Below, in pieces: positions 53,582-63,042 of a stretch of DNA of 64,000 nt. Under the pieces are notes generated by a model, which saw only the letters and a list, made by a program, of their open reading frames with translations, was not told where the DNA came from and did not search any database. The stretch comes from Candidatus Bathyarchaeota archaeon. Lineage in GTDB: Archaea; Thermoproteota; Bathyarchaeia; TCS64. Position 1 is the stretch's first letter; every line of letters begins with the position of its first letter. The translations under genes were made by a program, and so were the position numbers. The stretch spans positions 701 to 64,700 of the forward strand of contig JABIBQ010000066.1 in NCBI GenBank assembly GCA_018652685.1, written 5' to 3'.

Positions 53582-54139
53582 GTGAGCAGGAGACAGAGGA
53601 CTAGGAAGAGGCGAAGGCGATTCTCTCCCATGGTAACAGGCATAGTGATAGTTGTAATGCTTGTTATTTTTTGGAACTTGCTGGCGACATACGAAGGCGG
53701 CGAGTTCATTGATTTCAACGAGACGGATGAGAACATGACATCGGTGGTTGAGGTCATCTTTGAGACCACGCTGTGGATTGACAAGGGAAAATATGAGATG
53801 TTCATGTTCGAAGTTCGACGCGGTGATAACTTGAACATCACGGTGAGTGTCCTTGATGGAGGAGGTCCCATTGATTACTTTGTGATGGAGGAGAGGAAGA
53901 AGCTGCAGTTCGACGGGTGGCTCAACGGGACAGAGGTTAAGTTCTATGCCTACGACAACGCAAAGGCTCTGAACATTACCTACTCGAATATACTTTTCAC
54001 GATCCCCAGGACCGACCGTTGGTACCTTATTCTCAACAACTACGGGCACATGCTTGAAGGGGCGTACCCCATGGATGAGGTCCATCTGTACGTCAAGGTC
54101 GAGAACGTCGGGTTCACCGTGGAGCAGAGCTTCGGCTAA
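53582..54139 (+). CDS. Hypothetical type-II membrane-anchored, probably N-glycosylated extracellular protein
   Basis: 185 aa. Arg-rich N-terminus, one TM helix (MVTGIVIVVMLVIFWNLL), and a beta-rich ectodomain with five N-x-S/T sequons. The opposite-strand 181-aa ORF is judged a shadow. Confidence 0.55.
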   Translation: MSRRQRTRKRRRRFSPMVTGIVIVVMLVIFWNLLATYEGGEFIDFNETDENMTSVVEVIFETTLWIDKGKYEMFMFEVRRGDNLNITVSVLDGGGPIDYFVMEERKKLQFDGWLNGTEVKFYAYDNAKALNITYSNILFTIPRTDRWYLILNNYGHMLEGAYPMDEVHLYVKVENVGFTVEQSFG

Positions 54140-54171
54140 CGTTTTAATAACCAGATATCAACTTTGAAGCC

Positions 54172-55152
54172 ATGTTCGGGCTTAACGGCTCAATCCTTAT
54201 CATCCACCACTGGGACACAGATGGCCTCTGTTCCGCCGCCCTGATCCTTGAGCAACTGGGTGAAAGGAAGGTCGAGACGTGGACACCGCCTCTTGGCACT
54301 TTCTACCTGACGGAGGACCACATTGAGTATGCTAGGGGCTTTGACAACATCATCATATGCGATATGGCGTTGCCTGCTGGTAACGTCAAAGCGATAGCCG
54401 AGCATGCAAAAGTCATCATGTTCGATCACCACCACCAGGACCCTATCGAGGGTATAACCCACATCAATCCGGTGGCACACGGCGCGTCAGAAAGCGATTA
54501 CCCGTCAAACACGTGGGTAATCAAGGAACATCTTGGACTACCAATGAGACTGCATGTCCTCATGGGATTCATAGGAGACAAGGAGCAGAAGATCAAGGAC
54601 AACCCTCCGTTTTGGGGTATCGTGCAAGAGTACATGACTGAGAACGGCGTCTCGTTCGACGAGCTACTTGAGCTGGTCTATCGCATCGACTCCAACTACA
54701 AGGTTGGAGACAGGGACTCGGTTGCAGAGTCACCTCACTTACTCAGACAGTACAGGACAAGGGAGGATATCCTCGGAAACGAGAAGTGGAGGTCAAACCT
54801 CGTTAATCTGGATGAAAAGATTGACAGGGTTCTTGCAGAGCCCCCCGAGGAGGTCGGGGGCGTCCAATTGAAGTGGCTTGACACCCCCTTCGCCATCATC
54901 TCTCAGGTGACAAGAAGGCTCGCATGGGGGACTGGCATGGACACAGTCGTGGTAAACACCGGTTTCTTTGATGATCTGGACCAGATGTATAGCAGGAGTG
55001 GTACTGTTGACTACCGCGGCCTGATAACCCGTGCCAAGGAACTGGGGTTCAACGCTGGCGGCAAGAAGGACGTAATAGGGGCAATAATCCCAAAACCCGA
55101 GACAGAGAAATTCTTGAAAGAGACGATAGATTATATAAAAAAGAATAGGTGA
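54172..55152 (+). CDS. DHH/DHHA1-family phosphoesterase
   Basis: 326 aa. HHWDTDG (DxD), IICDMA, MFDHHHQD (DHH), and a C-terminal GGKKDVIGA in place of the usual GGGH. Confidence 0.7.
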   Translation: MFGLNGSILIIHHWDTDGLCSAALILEQLGERKVETWTPPLGTFYLTEDHIEYARGFDNIIICDMALPAGNVKAIAEHAKVIMFDHHHQDPIEGITHINPVAHGASESDYPSNTWVIKEHLGLPMRLHVLMGFIGDKEQKIKDNPPFWGIVQEYMTENGVSFDELLELVYRIDSNYKVGDRDSVAESPHLLRQYRTREDILGNEKWRSNLVNLDEKIDRVLAEPPEEVGGVQLKWLDTPFAIISQVTRRLAWGTGMDTVVVNTGFFDDLDQMYSRSGTVDYRGLITRAKELGFNAGGKKDVIGAIIPKPETEKFLKETIDYIKKNR

Positions 55153-55155
55153 GGG

Positions 55156-56952
55156 CTAGACCCTCTTCACGATTCTACCGGGTGTAGCGCCCGTGTGCGT
55201 GCCTTTCTCAACTACGACCACGCCGTTCACGAAGACATACTCGATTCCATTGGGGTGCTGGCTTGGCTCGACAGGTGTACCAACCACCTCAAGCTTGTCG
55301 TAGTCGAACACCGTGATGTCGGCATAGCTGCCCGGCGTGATTGTGCCCAATCCCTCCAGGTTGTGGTGCTCGGCCGCGGCGGTGCTGATCTTATAGATGG
55401 CCTCCTCCAGGGTGAAGATCTTACTATCCTTGACCATCTGGTTGATAAAGCCGGGGAAGGCGCCGAATGCGTTTCTTCCTGGCCTCCTGTATGGTGGCCT
55501 CTCCATCTTGTAGTCAGCGTCGAAGACGGCCTGGTCCAGGCTCAGACTACCAGCCTTGTGCTGGAACATGAGCGCCCTATATGGCTTCCACGGGAAGTTA
55601 CCGGTGTCCGCTGTCCCCGCGGCATAGCCCATGGCGTCAGGGTCCTCGCAGATGAGGTCGAACCATGTGTGAATCTTGTCCGAGTCCCTTTCTGCAGCAA
55701 TCATTGCCAGGTTCTTGCCTACTAGACTTGAGTCCTTGTGGCCGCTGATCCAGATGTTCTCGGCCCACTGGGGGTTCGTGTTGGGGTTGTAGGCCAGTCT
55801 GATGTACCACTTGCCGTTCTTGAGTGCGTCAATGATCTCCTCGCGGTAATCCGCCACCTTGAGCCACTCCGCGAACTTTTCCCTGCTGCCGCACTCTTTG
55901 AGCCACGGGTTAAGGATGCTGCTGAGGTAGGGCATGACGTCGAAGCCTGCTCTTAGGAACCATGGCATGCTGTCAAAGGTGAGTACCATGCCCTCGGCGA
56001 TGGCCTCATCGAAGTACTTGAGGGTTGCACGTATGTTGTGCTCCTCCAAGTAGTCGTTGCCCTCGGGGGTGAGTCTCCAGCCGGGTGTCAGGTGCGCGAT
56101 GTTTGTCGGAACTCCCGTTACTCTGCATGTGTTGATGGACTCTAACAGCCCGTCAACCTTATTGCTCCTCGTGTCGCCGAACTTAACCTGCCTACGCCTC
56201 CCCGTCCTCCTCCAGTGGGGCGCGTAGACCGCGTTGGGGTAGTCCTTGAGAACGGATACGCATTCGTTGATCTCGTCCATATGCGCCTGAACGCCCGGGT
56301 CATAGTCCAGCCCGCTGCTGAGACCGACGGCTCCCTCGTCAAGTGCCTGCTTGATGAGGACCTTCATCTCAGCCAGCTCGTCGCAGGTGCTGTGGCGTTT
56401 GTAGTCGTTGCCCATGACATTGTACCTGATTGTGCCCTGACCCACTAGGGGTACGGCGTTCATCGAGACGCCGACCTCCTCGACTTTTTTGAACCAGCCT
56501 CCCAGGGTATCCCAGTCGATGGTCCAGTCGAAGTACTTGTCCATGATCTCGTTGACCTGCTCTTTGGGGAACAGGCTCTTCTTTGGGTAGTACTTGTGGG
56601 GCTCAAGGTCGTCTATGTACTGGGCGGATATACCTGGCAAGTTCATCCAATCGCCGTATGGGCCCACGCTTCCGCCGCACTGGCCGCCAACGAAGCTGGT
56701 GACCCCCTGCATAATGTAACTCTCCGCTTTGGGGAAGAACAGCAGGGTTGTGTCGCCGTGGCTGTGGGCGTCGATCCAACCGGGGCTCGCGAAGAGCCCT
56801 TTGGCATCAACAATTTTCACAGCGTCTCCCTTGACATCGCCCAGAGCGGCGATCTTGTCACCCTTGACGCCTATTGATCCCTTGTACGCTTTCTTGCCAC
56901 TTCCGTCAATGATTTGAGCGTCCTTGATTATCACGTCGTATTCTTCAGACAT
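55156..56952 (-). CDS. N-acyl-D-amino-acid deacylase (D-aminoacylase) family amidohydrolase
   Basis: 598 aa. YDVIIKDAQIIDGSG...SPGWIDAHSHGD N-terminal signature and a C-terminal beta-sandwich return (ITPGSYADITVFD). Confidence 0.85.
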   Translation of the reverse strand: MSEEYDVIIKDAQIIDGSGKKAYKGSIGVKGDKIAALGDVKGDAVKIVDAKGLFASPGWIDAHSHGDTTLLFFPKAESYIMQGVTSFVGGQCGGSVGPYGDWMNLPGISAQYIDDLEPHKYYPKKSLFPKEQVNEIMDKYFDWTIDWDTLGGWFKKVEEVGVSMNAVPLVGQGTIRYNVMGNDYKRHSTCDELAEMKVLIKQALDEGAVGLSSGLDYDPGVQAHMDEINECVSVLKDYPNAVYAPHWRRTGRRRQVKFGDTRSNKVDGLLESINTCRVTGVPTNIAHLTPGWRLTPEGNDYLEEHNIRATLKYFDEAIAEGMVLTFDSMPWFLRAGFDVMPYLSSILNPWLKECGSREKFAEWLKVADYREEIIDALKNGKWYIRLAYNPNTNPQWAENIWISGHKDSSLVGKNLAMIAAERDSDKIHTWFDLICEDPDAMGYAAGTADTGNFPWKPYRALMFQHKAGSLSLDQAVFDADYKMERPPYRRPGRNAFGAFPGFINQMVKDSKIFTLEEAIYKISTAAAEHHNLEGLGTITPGSYADITVFDYDKLEVVGTPVEPSQHPNGIEYVFVNGVVVVEKGTHTGATPGRIVKRV

Positions 56953-57013
56953 TTCTTACACACCGAATATGCAAGAAATACACCGTTCGGGGATAAAATA
57001 ATTCCGAGGGACC

Positions 57014-58576
57014 TTATCGTTTCTTCAATATGAGCATTGATACCGCGCCTCCCGCGATGAGCCCGACGATTAGGAAGAATGTCGGATTAGATTGACTCGG
57101 AGTTTCGACGGGGATATCTAACTGGAATTCAAGCCCATCAACTGTGGACTGTAATATTTGGACCAGTTCCTGTTCAGTCTCCAAATCTTCTCCGAGAGTG
57201 TTGACCTGGTCCTCAAGTTCGACAATTCTTTGGTCTTGCGCCTGTATCGCTGCCTCGTTTTCCTGGGCGAGTTCCGCTGCGGATATGGTCAGTTCTTCAT
57301 TTTCGTCTCTCAGTGTATCTACACTCTGATCCAGGGCTTCATTCTCCTGCCTTAAATTGATAAGTCTCTCCGCCAGGACCGTGTTTTCGTCGGGAAAGTC
57401 CTTGTTGAGCACCAATTTGTCGAATACTTCCCCTGTCGAGTCAATGGCCTGCAGCTTTAACGTCCCATTTGTGTACATGTCAATCAATGTGAAGTGAAGA
57501 CTGGATTCAGTATATTCCACCCACCAGCCGTCAACCGTCTCGTAGAGAGGAGCACCCCACGCGCCGCTGGTGAGGTACAGTATCCCCTCGTCGTAGGATG
57601 CCTGTGCTTCGGTCCTAGATAGAGTCCAGTTCACCGGCGCGGATCGTTGGTAGTTGTGGCTGTGGCCGGAGAAGACGATGTCTACATCGTACTCGTCGAG
57701 GACTGCCACCCACCTGTTGACCCCTGTAAGCCACACGTCGTGATAGTTTTTCAGGATGTTTCGGTGTAGGAGCACAAACTTCCAGGTGTACTCCTTATGT
57801 TTCTCTAGGTCCGCGCGAAGCCACTCGGTCTGGAGGTCAAAGCCCTCCACAGTTGACTCGCTGTTCAGTACGGCTATGTGGATATCTGAGCCAAAGTTAA
57901 GGCTGTACCACTCCTCGTTACCTGGAAGCGCGAGACGTTCACCGTAGTTACTCGATCCACCGTCATGGTTTCCGATAGCTGACACAATGGGTATCACGTA
58001 CCCCTCTGGGGTAACCCATAATTGCTCAGCCTGGTCAAAGAAATCGTCCCACTGGTCATCCTCATCACCATCATTGACGAAATCACCGTTGAAAAGCACG
58101 AATTCCGGGCCGTACTGGGCCATGACAGTCGAAACGAGGTCCCTGAGGTCAGGGTTTGTCCTGCTGTCTCCGCCGACCACGAACCTTACGTGGTCCCTGA
58201 CCAGGGAGAGGGTCTTGAAACTCTGTTCCTCGCTGAATCCCGTCTCGGGGCTTCCGCATATGTAATAGTACACCGTCTCGGGCTCAAGCCCAGTGAGTTC
58301 CGCGTCGTGATAGACTCCGTTGATGTCATCTGCACTGTGTGAAACGGCCTCGGCGAAGAACCTGTAACTTTGAGGCGTTGCGTCACCGGGTACCGTATCG
58401 TAATAGATGGCGCCATTCGCCTCGCTTGAGGCCTTCCAGGATACAACAATGGTGTGGGCCGTGTCATCGCTCTGCCAGGTATGGTGTATGTTCCTCGGGT
58501 TGTCGTCGATCAGTGCGAGGGCAGGTACAACCCCCACCATTAAAAACAATATTATTGCCAGTTTTGCGGTCTTCAT
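57014..58576 (-). CDS. Secreted purple-acid-phosphatase-like metallophosphoesterase with coiled-coil stalk and C-terminal sorting-signal-like anchor
   Basis: 520 aa. Signal peptide, FN3-like PAP N-domain, metal motifs GDSRTN / GDFVNDGDEDDQW / GNHD / VLLHRN / GHSHNYQRS, an ~85-aa heptad-like acidic segment, then NPTFFLIVGLIAGGAVSMLILKKR. Confidence 0.85.
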   Translation of the reverse strand: MKTAKLAIILFLMVGVVPALALIDDNPRNIHHTWQSDDTAHTIVVSWKASSEANGAIYYDTVPGDATPQSYRFFAEAVSHSADDINGVYHDAELTGLEPETVYYYICGSPETGFSEEQSFKTLSLVRDHVRFVVGGDSRTNPDLRDLVSTVMAQYGPEFVLFNGDFVNDGDEDDQWDDFFDQAEQLWVTPEGYVIPIVSAIGNHDGGSSNYGERLALPGNEEWYSLNFGSDIHIAVLNSESTVEGFDLQTEWLRADLEKHKEYTWKFVLLHRNILKNYHDVWLTGVNRWVAVLDEYDVDIVFSGHSHNYQRSAPVNWTLSRTEAQASYDEGILYLTSGAWGAPLYETVDGWWVEYTESSLHFTLIDMYTNGTLKLQAIDSTGEVFDKLVLNKDFPDENTVLAERLINLRQENEALDQSVDTLRDENEELTISAAELAQENEAAIQAQDQRIVELEDQVNTLGEDLETEQELVQILQSTVDGLEFQLDIPVETPSQSNPTFFLIVGLIAGGAVSMLILKKR

Positions 58577-58672
58577 GAGAATGCCTCAGATCAAAGATAC
58601 TGCGCCAGACTGTTAATAAAATCTAGGAACGACCCTCGATGGACTATTATTTGTTAAAGTTGATGGGATACC

Positions 58673-59845
58673 ATGAAGAGCGGAAGCTTGAGCGTCTACG
58701 CCGGTAACTTGGTCGTGGGCGATGGAAGTGTCCTCAAGGACAAGTATCTGGGGGTATCAGACGGTGTCATTGTCGAGGTATCTGACAGGCCGTTGACTGG
58801 CTACGGTGATGAGTACGATTATTCGGGCAAGTACGTCATGCCTGGGCTTATCGATGCCCACGTCCACTTGAGGTACGACCCGCACGGGGACCCTGAGAAG
58901 AGGTCCCACGAGTACCAGGCCATTAGGGGAGTCGAGAATGCGAAAAAATCACTGGAGATAGGGATCACGAGCCTCGGGGAGGCCGGTGGTATCGGGAACG
59001 TGGTGTTCGCGGTCAGGAATGCAATCAACAACGGGGTGGTCCTTGGCCCCAGGCTGTACGTATCAGGCGAGATGATCACAATCACGGGGGGCAGGACTAA
59101 GGTACCAGGTGAAAGGAAGGAGGTCAACGGGGCTGACTCAGCCAGAAAGGTGGCGAGGGAGCTGCTGATGTACCACAACGCGGACTTTATCAAGCTGGGG
59201 GCTACGGGGGCAATATCTAGTGCACACACGGGGCCGAGGCACCCCCAGCTCTCCGTTGACGAGATGAGGGCATGCGTGGAGGAAGCACATAACTGTGGAA
59301 AGATGGTTCACGGCCACTGCTACGGCGAGAAGGGAATCGGCAACAGCCTTGAAGCGGGCGTGGATGTCATCGTCCACGGCCAGTCACTGAAGGACGGCCA
59401 CATCAGGCACATGGTGGAGAACAAACTGATCCTCATGCCCACACTGAAGGCATTCTGCGGTCACAGGGACAACCTGGACAAGGGCGGGGTCCACACGAGG
59501 ATGGTGGACACGGGCATCTGGCCCGAGACAGAGCAAAACTTCAGAAGGGCTCTGGAGGCAGGCCTGACTATATCGATGGGCACGGACGGAGGCATGCCAG
59601 ACGACCACTTCTCGAACAACTACCTTGACCTCAAGTACATGGTCGAGTGGGGAATGACACCGGGACAGGCTGTGACGGCGGGCACGTTGAACGCGGCCAA
59701 GAGCTTGGCAATCGAGAATACGGTTGGGACCCTTGAAGTGGGCAAGTACGCTGATTTACTCGTGTTGGGGAAGAACCCGGTGGAGGAGATATCCAGCATC
59801 TGGACAAGCCTTGAGAAGGTAATCCTCAACGGCGTCCATCTTTAA
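58673..59845 (+). CDS. Amidohydrolase-family protein (COG1228-like, imidazolonepropionase/prolidase-related)
   Basis: 390 aa. MPGLIDAHVHL, FIKLGATG, VHGHCYG, VHGQSL and GTDGG metal-ligand blocks. Confidence 0.85.
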   Translation: MKSGSLSVYAGNLVVGDGSVLKDKYLGVSDGVIVEVSDRPLTGYGDEYDYSGKYVMPGLIDAHVHLRYDPHGDPEKRSHEYQAIRGVENAKKSLEIGITSLGEAGGIGNVVFAVRNAINNGVVLGPRLYVSGEMITITGGRTKVPGERKEVNGADSARKVARELLMYHNADFIKLGATGAISSAHTGPRHPQLSVDEMRACVEEAHNCGKMVHGHCYGEKGIGNSLEAGVDVIVHGQSLKDGHIRHMVENKLILMPTLKAFCGHRDNLDKGGVHTRMVDTGIWPETEQNFRRALEAGLTISMGTDGGMPDDHFSNNYLDLKYMVEWGMTPGQAVTAGTLNAAKSLAIENTVGTLEVGKYADLLVLGKNPVEEISSIWTSLEKVILNGVHL

Positions 59846-59867
59846 TCTTTTATTCCACCGCCCGTCC

Positions 59868-61022
59868 ATGCACGGCATGAAGAAGGACACCGTAGACCTC
59901 ATCGTTCTTGGTATCGCCCACAGCCTGAACCACAGTCTTTTCCTGGTCCTGCCGCCCCTTCTCGGCAACATCGCGGATGACCTGGGCACGAGTCTCACGG
60001 TAATTGGCCTTATCTCAACGATTACGTTCCTCACATATGGCACAGGCGCGTTGATAGGCGGACCCCTCAGCGACAGGCTGGGCAGCGTCAAGGTGGCAAG
60101 GATTAGCATCGGTCTCGGAGGGTTGATGTCGCTAGTCTTTCTCGTCGCCAATGATGTCTACGTCTTCAGTGCGGGGATGTTCCTGATGGCTCTCTGGGCT
60201 AGCTTCTATCACCCTACGGCAAACGGTTTGATTGCAAAAGCTTTCCCTGAGAATACGGGGCAGTCAATGGGCATCCATAACGCCGCGGGTAATTTTGGCC
60301 AGGTGTTCACGCCAACAGTAGCGTTCTTCCTAGGAATCACTTACAGTTGGAGAGCCAGCTTCGTGTTCTTCGGTCTGCTTTCGGTGGGCACGGCGTTCCT
60401 CATGGACAGGATAGAGGTTGACGAGGGAGAGATACAGAAGGCGGACAAATCATATATGGAGTTCATCAGGACACCGGGGCTGTGGATCGTGCTGGTCTAC
60501 AATGTGGTCGTCGGGTTCCTGTTCAGGTCCGTTGATCTGTTCTTCCCAAGTTTCCTCAGCACAGACTTACAATACACGGGCGGAATCGCGGCCTTCGCCA
60601 ACAGCATGATACTGTTCTTCGGGGTCATTGGCCAACTTCTGGGAGGCAGGGGTGCTGACAGGATGGGGCCGACTAAGGTACTGTTGATCACCACAACCGG
60701 GATGGTCGCCAGTTTTGCCCTATTGATGTTCCTGCCCGCAAACATCGCTGTACCGCTGTTTGTCATCGTCTACGGTATCTCCATGTTCGGACACCAGCCC
60801 ACGGTTACAAAACTCGTTAGCATGCTCAGTCCAAGGAATATGATGGGTCTTGCATACGGCGTGATGTTCTTCAGCGCGTTCGGGATCGGCAGCATCAGCA
60901 CGTCAGTGATAGGATGGGTTGCTGATAGTTATGGGTTGACGACGGCGTTCTGGGTGAACGCGGCTACAGCTTTAGTCCTGCTAAGTGTAGCGACTGTCAT
61001 CAGGATGAGGATCAAGAAGTAG
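59868..61022 (+). CDS. MFS transporter
   Basis: 384 aa, about 12 TM helices. GGPLSDRLGSVKV loop motif. Confidence 0.85.
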   Translation: MHGMKKDTVDLIVLGIAHSLNHSLFLVLPPLLGNIADDLGTSLTVIGLISTITFLTYGTGALIGGPLSDRLGSVKVARISIGLGGLMSLVFLVANDVYVFSAGMFLMALWASFYHPTANGLIAKAFPENTGQSMGIHNAAGNFGQVFTPTVAFFLGITYSWRASFVFFGLLSVGTAFLMDRIEVDEGEIQKADKSYMEFIRTPGLWIVLVYNVVVGFLFRSVDLFFPSFLSTDLQYTGGIAAFANSMILFFGVIGQLLGGRGADRMGPTKVLLITTTGMVASFALLMFLPANIAVPLFVIVYGISMFGHQPTVTKLVSMLSPRNMMGLAYGVMFFSAFGIGSISTSVIGWVADSYGLTTAFWVNAATALVLLSVATVIRMRIKK

Positions 61023-61530
61023 TGAGGTAGGCCAGGACCCCGGTTATGGTCTTGGAGTCCTTAATTTCGTTGGACTCGATCATCTCCAGAACCTTCTCAA
61101 ACGGATATTTCTCCACCTTGATACTCTCGTCCTCCTCAGGACTTGCTCCAATAGAGGTCAAAGCCTCGGCGACGTAGATGTGAATAATCTCGTTGCTGTA
61201 TCCTGGCGCGACGTAGGCGCTTAAGAGCTTGCTCCAGTTACTTGCAGCGTAACCGGTCTCCTCCTGGAGCTCACGTACCGCACAGGCGTATGGGTCCTCA
61301 TCAACCTCAAGGGTGCCTGCGGGTATCTCAAGTATCTCAGACCGCGTGGAATACCTGTACTGCCGGATAAGAATCATCTGTCCATCATCTATGGCCACGA
61401 TGGCAACTGCCCCTGGGTGGTCAACCACGTCCCTGACGGTCTCTTTGCCGTTCGCCAGTCTGACTACGTCTGTCTTGAAGCTGAAATTCTTGCCCTTGTG
61501 AAGAAGTTTTGATGAGACGGTCTCTTCCAT
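61012..61530 (-). CDS. NUDIX hydrolase (ADP-ribose pyrophosphatase-like)
   Basis: 172 aa. Nudix box PAGTLEVDEDPYACAVRELQEETG. 11-nt tail-to-tail overlap with the MFS gene. Confidence 0.85.
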   Translation of the reverse strand: MEETVSSKLLHKGKNFSFKTDVVRLANGKETVRDVVDHPGAVAIVAIDDGQMILIRQYRYSTRSEILEIPAGTLEVDEDPYACAVRELQEETGYAASNWSKLLSAYVAPGYSNEIIHIYVAEALTSIGASPEEDESIKVEKYPFEKVLEMIESNEIKDSKTITGVLAYLTTS

Positions 61531-61563
61531 ACGGTATGAGCCGTCGGAGTTTGGATAAAAAGG

Positions 61564-63006
61564 TTAGTAGTGGCTCTTGCCCCAGTAGTTCTTCGTCAGG
61601 TCGTAGAGCCCGGTGGTGTCAATCCGCCCGAGGGCGGCTTCAAGCTGCTCCTGAGCAGCCTCCATGATAGCGTACTCGTCAACGGTCTTGACCTCGCGTC
61701 CCTGCATCAGTATCTCCCCGTCCACGATTACGGTATCAACGTCGTTGCCGTTGGCGAAGAACGTCACCTTGTCAACTGGCATGTTCAGGGGGTAGAAGTG
61801 TGGCTTGTTGAGGTCAACAAGGATGATATCCGCCTTCTTGCCCTTCTCAAGGCTACCTATCTGGTCGTCGAGCCTGAACGCCTTTGCGCCGTCGATTGTT
61901 GTCATCTCAAGTATCTTGCCCGGTGGTAGGTAACCGCTGTCCCTGAAGTGGCGTCCGTGGTACCGTTTGCATTGGAACATGTGTCTGAACATGTCGAAGG
62001 AGCGGTCAGGGGCACCAGCATCGCTCGCCATCACCACGTTTGCCCCGGCTTCTATTAGCTCGGTGACGGGACACCGGCCGATCATGCTGGCGACCGCGCT
62101 TGGGCTGTGGGATATGTTCGTCCCTGTCTCTGCGCAGAGCCTTATCTCCTCCTCAAGTAGCTCCGTTGAGTGGTTGTATACGCAGTGTGGACCTGACATG
62201 TCCAGCTCCTCGTGGCAGAACTTTATAGTGCTGGTGTTGTGGCCGTCCATGGTGAGCATGAGGTCGTATTTCTCGATGAGTTCATTCGTGAGTTTGGACT
62301 GGTACTTGACGTCCTCAAGCTCTTTCCCAACTATTGGAGCCCTTTCAGGGTGGGGCGTCGGGAACATGGTGGCGATTTTGATCCTGCCGTTTCCCCTTCC
62401 GTGGTTCTCCTTGATTATCTTCTCGCTTACGCTGATCTGTTTCTCGACGGCAACGGTGTAGTCTCTCTTCTTGTCGCCTACCCACTCTGAGTACAGGCTG
62501 GGATAGGGTCCTCGCCTAAGCCCGACGGCCAGGAAAGTCCTGACTCCAACCTTCTCTGCCTCTTCGCAGTGTCCTTTAGCGTACTTGGGGTCATCGACCC
62601 GCATAATGCTGTCACCGCCACCGAAGAAGTTGATCCCGCAGGTGGTACCGAACTTTAGCCTCTCCAGGTTCAGTAGCGCCGCGTCCGCAGCCCAGTACTC
62701 CTCGGTCGAGCCCTGAGCATAGATATTGTTGCATGCCTTGTACCAGGTCTCGTTGTGCATGCCCAGTGTCCTGAGGATGCTGTGCCCGGCATGAGCATGC
62801 CCGTCCATTAACCCAGGTAAAACAGCCATCTTGTGAGCGTCTATCACGATATCGGCGTCATACGCCTTTACGATCGCGTCTGTCTCGCCTATATCGATTA
62901 TCCTGTCGTTTTCAACGGCCACTGCACCGTCCATGAGAACCCTCCGGTCCTTGTCAACGGTGATGACCATACCGTTCTTGATGAGAATATCAACCAAAGC
63001 AATCAA
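61564..63006 (-). CDS. Amidohydrolase, chlorohydrolase/aminohydrolase type (COG0402: MTA/SAH-, guanine-, cytosine-deaminase-like)
   Basis: 480 aa. ILIKNGMVITVD..., LPGLMDGHAHAGHS, and later H and D ligands (HNTST, ASDAGA). Confidence 0.8.
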   Translation of the reverse strand: MIALVDILIKNGMVITVDKDRRVLMDGAVAVENDRIIDIGETDAIVKAYDADIVIDAHKMAVLPGLMDGHAHAGHSILRTLGMHNETWYKACNNIYAQGSTEEYWAADAALLNLERLKFGTTCGINFFGGGDSIMRVDDPKYAKGHCEEAEKVGVRTFLAVGLRRGPYPSLYSEWVGDKKRDYTVAVEKQISVSEKIIKENHGRGNGRIKIATMFPTPHPERAPIVGKELEDVKYQSKLTNELIEKYDLMLTMDGHNTSTIKFCHEELDMSGPHCVYNHSTELLEEEIRLCAETGTNISHSPSAVASMIGRCPVTELIEAGANVVMASDAGAPDRSFDMFRHMFQCKRYHGRHFRDSGYLPPGKILEMTTIDGAKAFRLDDQIGSLEKGKKADIILVDLNKPHFYPLNMPVDKVTFFANGNDVDTVIVDGEILMQGREVKTVDEYAIMEAAQEQLEAALGRIDTTGLYDLTKNYWGKSHY

Positions 63007-63042
63007 AGAATACGTGGGATTATACCGTAAAATAATATGTGG

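Noticed and set aside
53540-54085. 181-aa minus-strand ORF opposite the hypothetical membrane protein
   Set aside because: It has no TM or domain logic and overlaps the M24 promoter region. The + strand product has a coherent signal-anchor plus ectodomain architecture and a TATA box at the correct distance.
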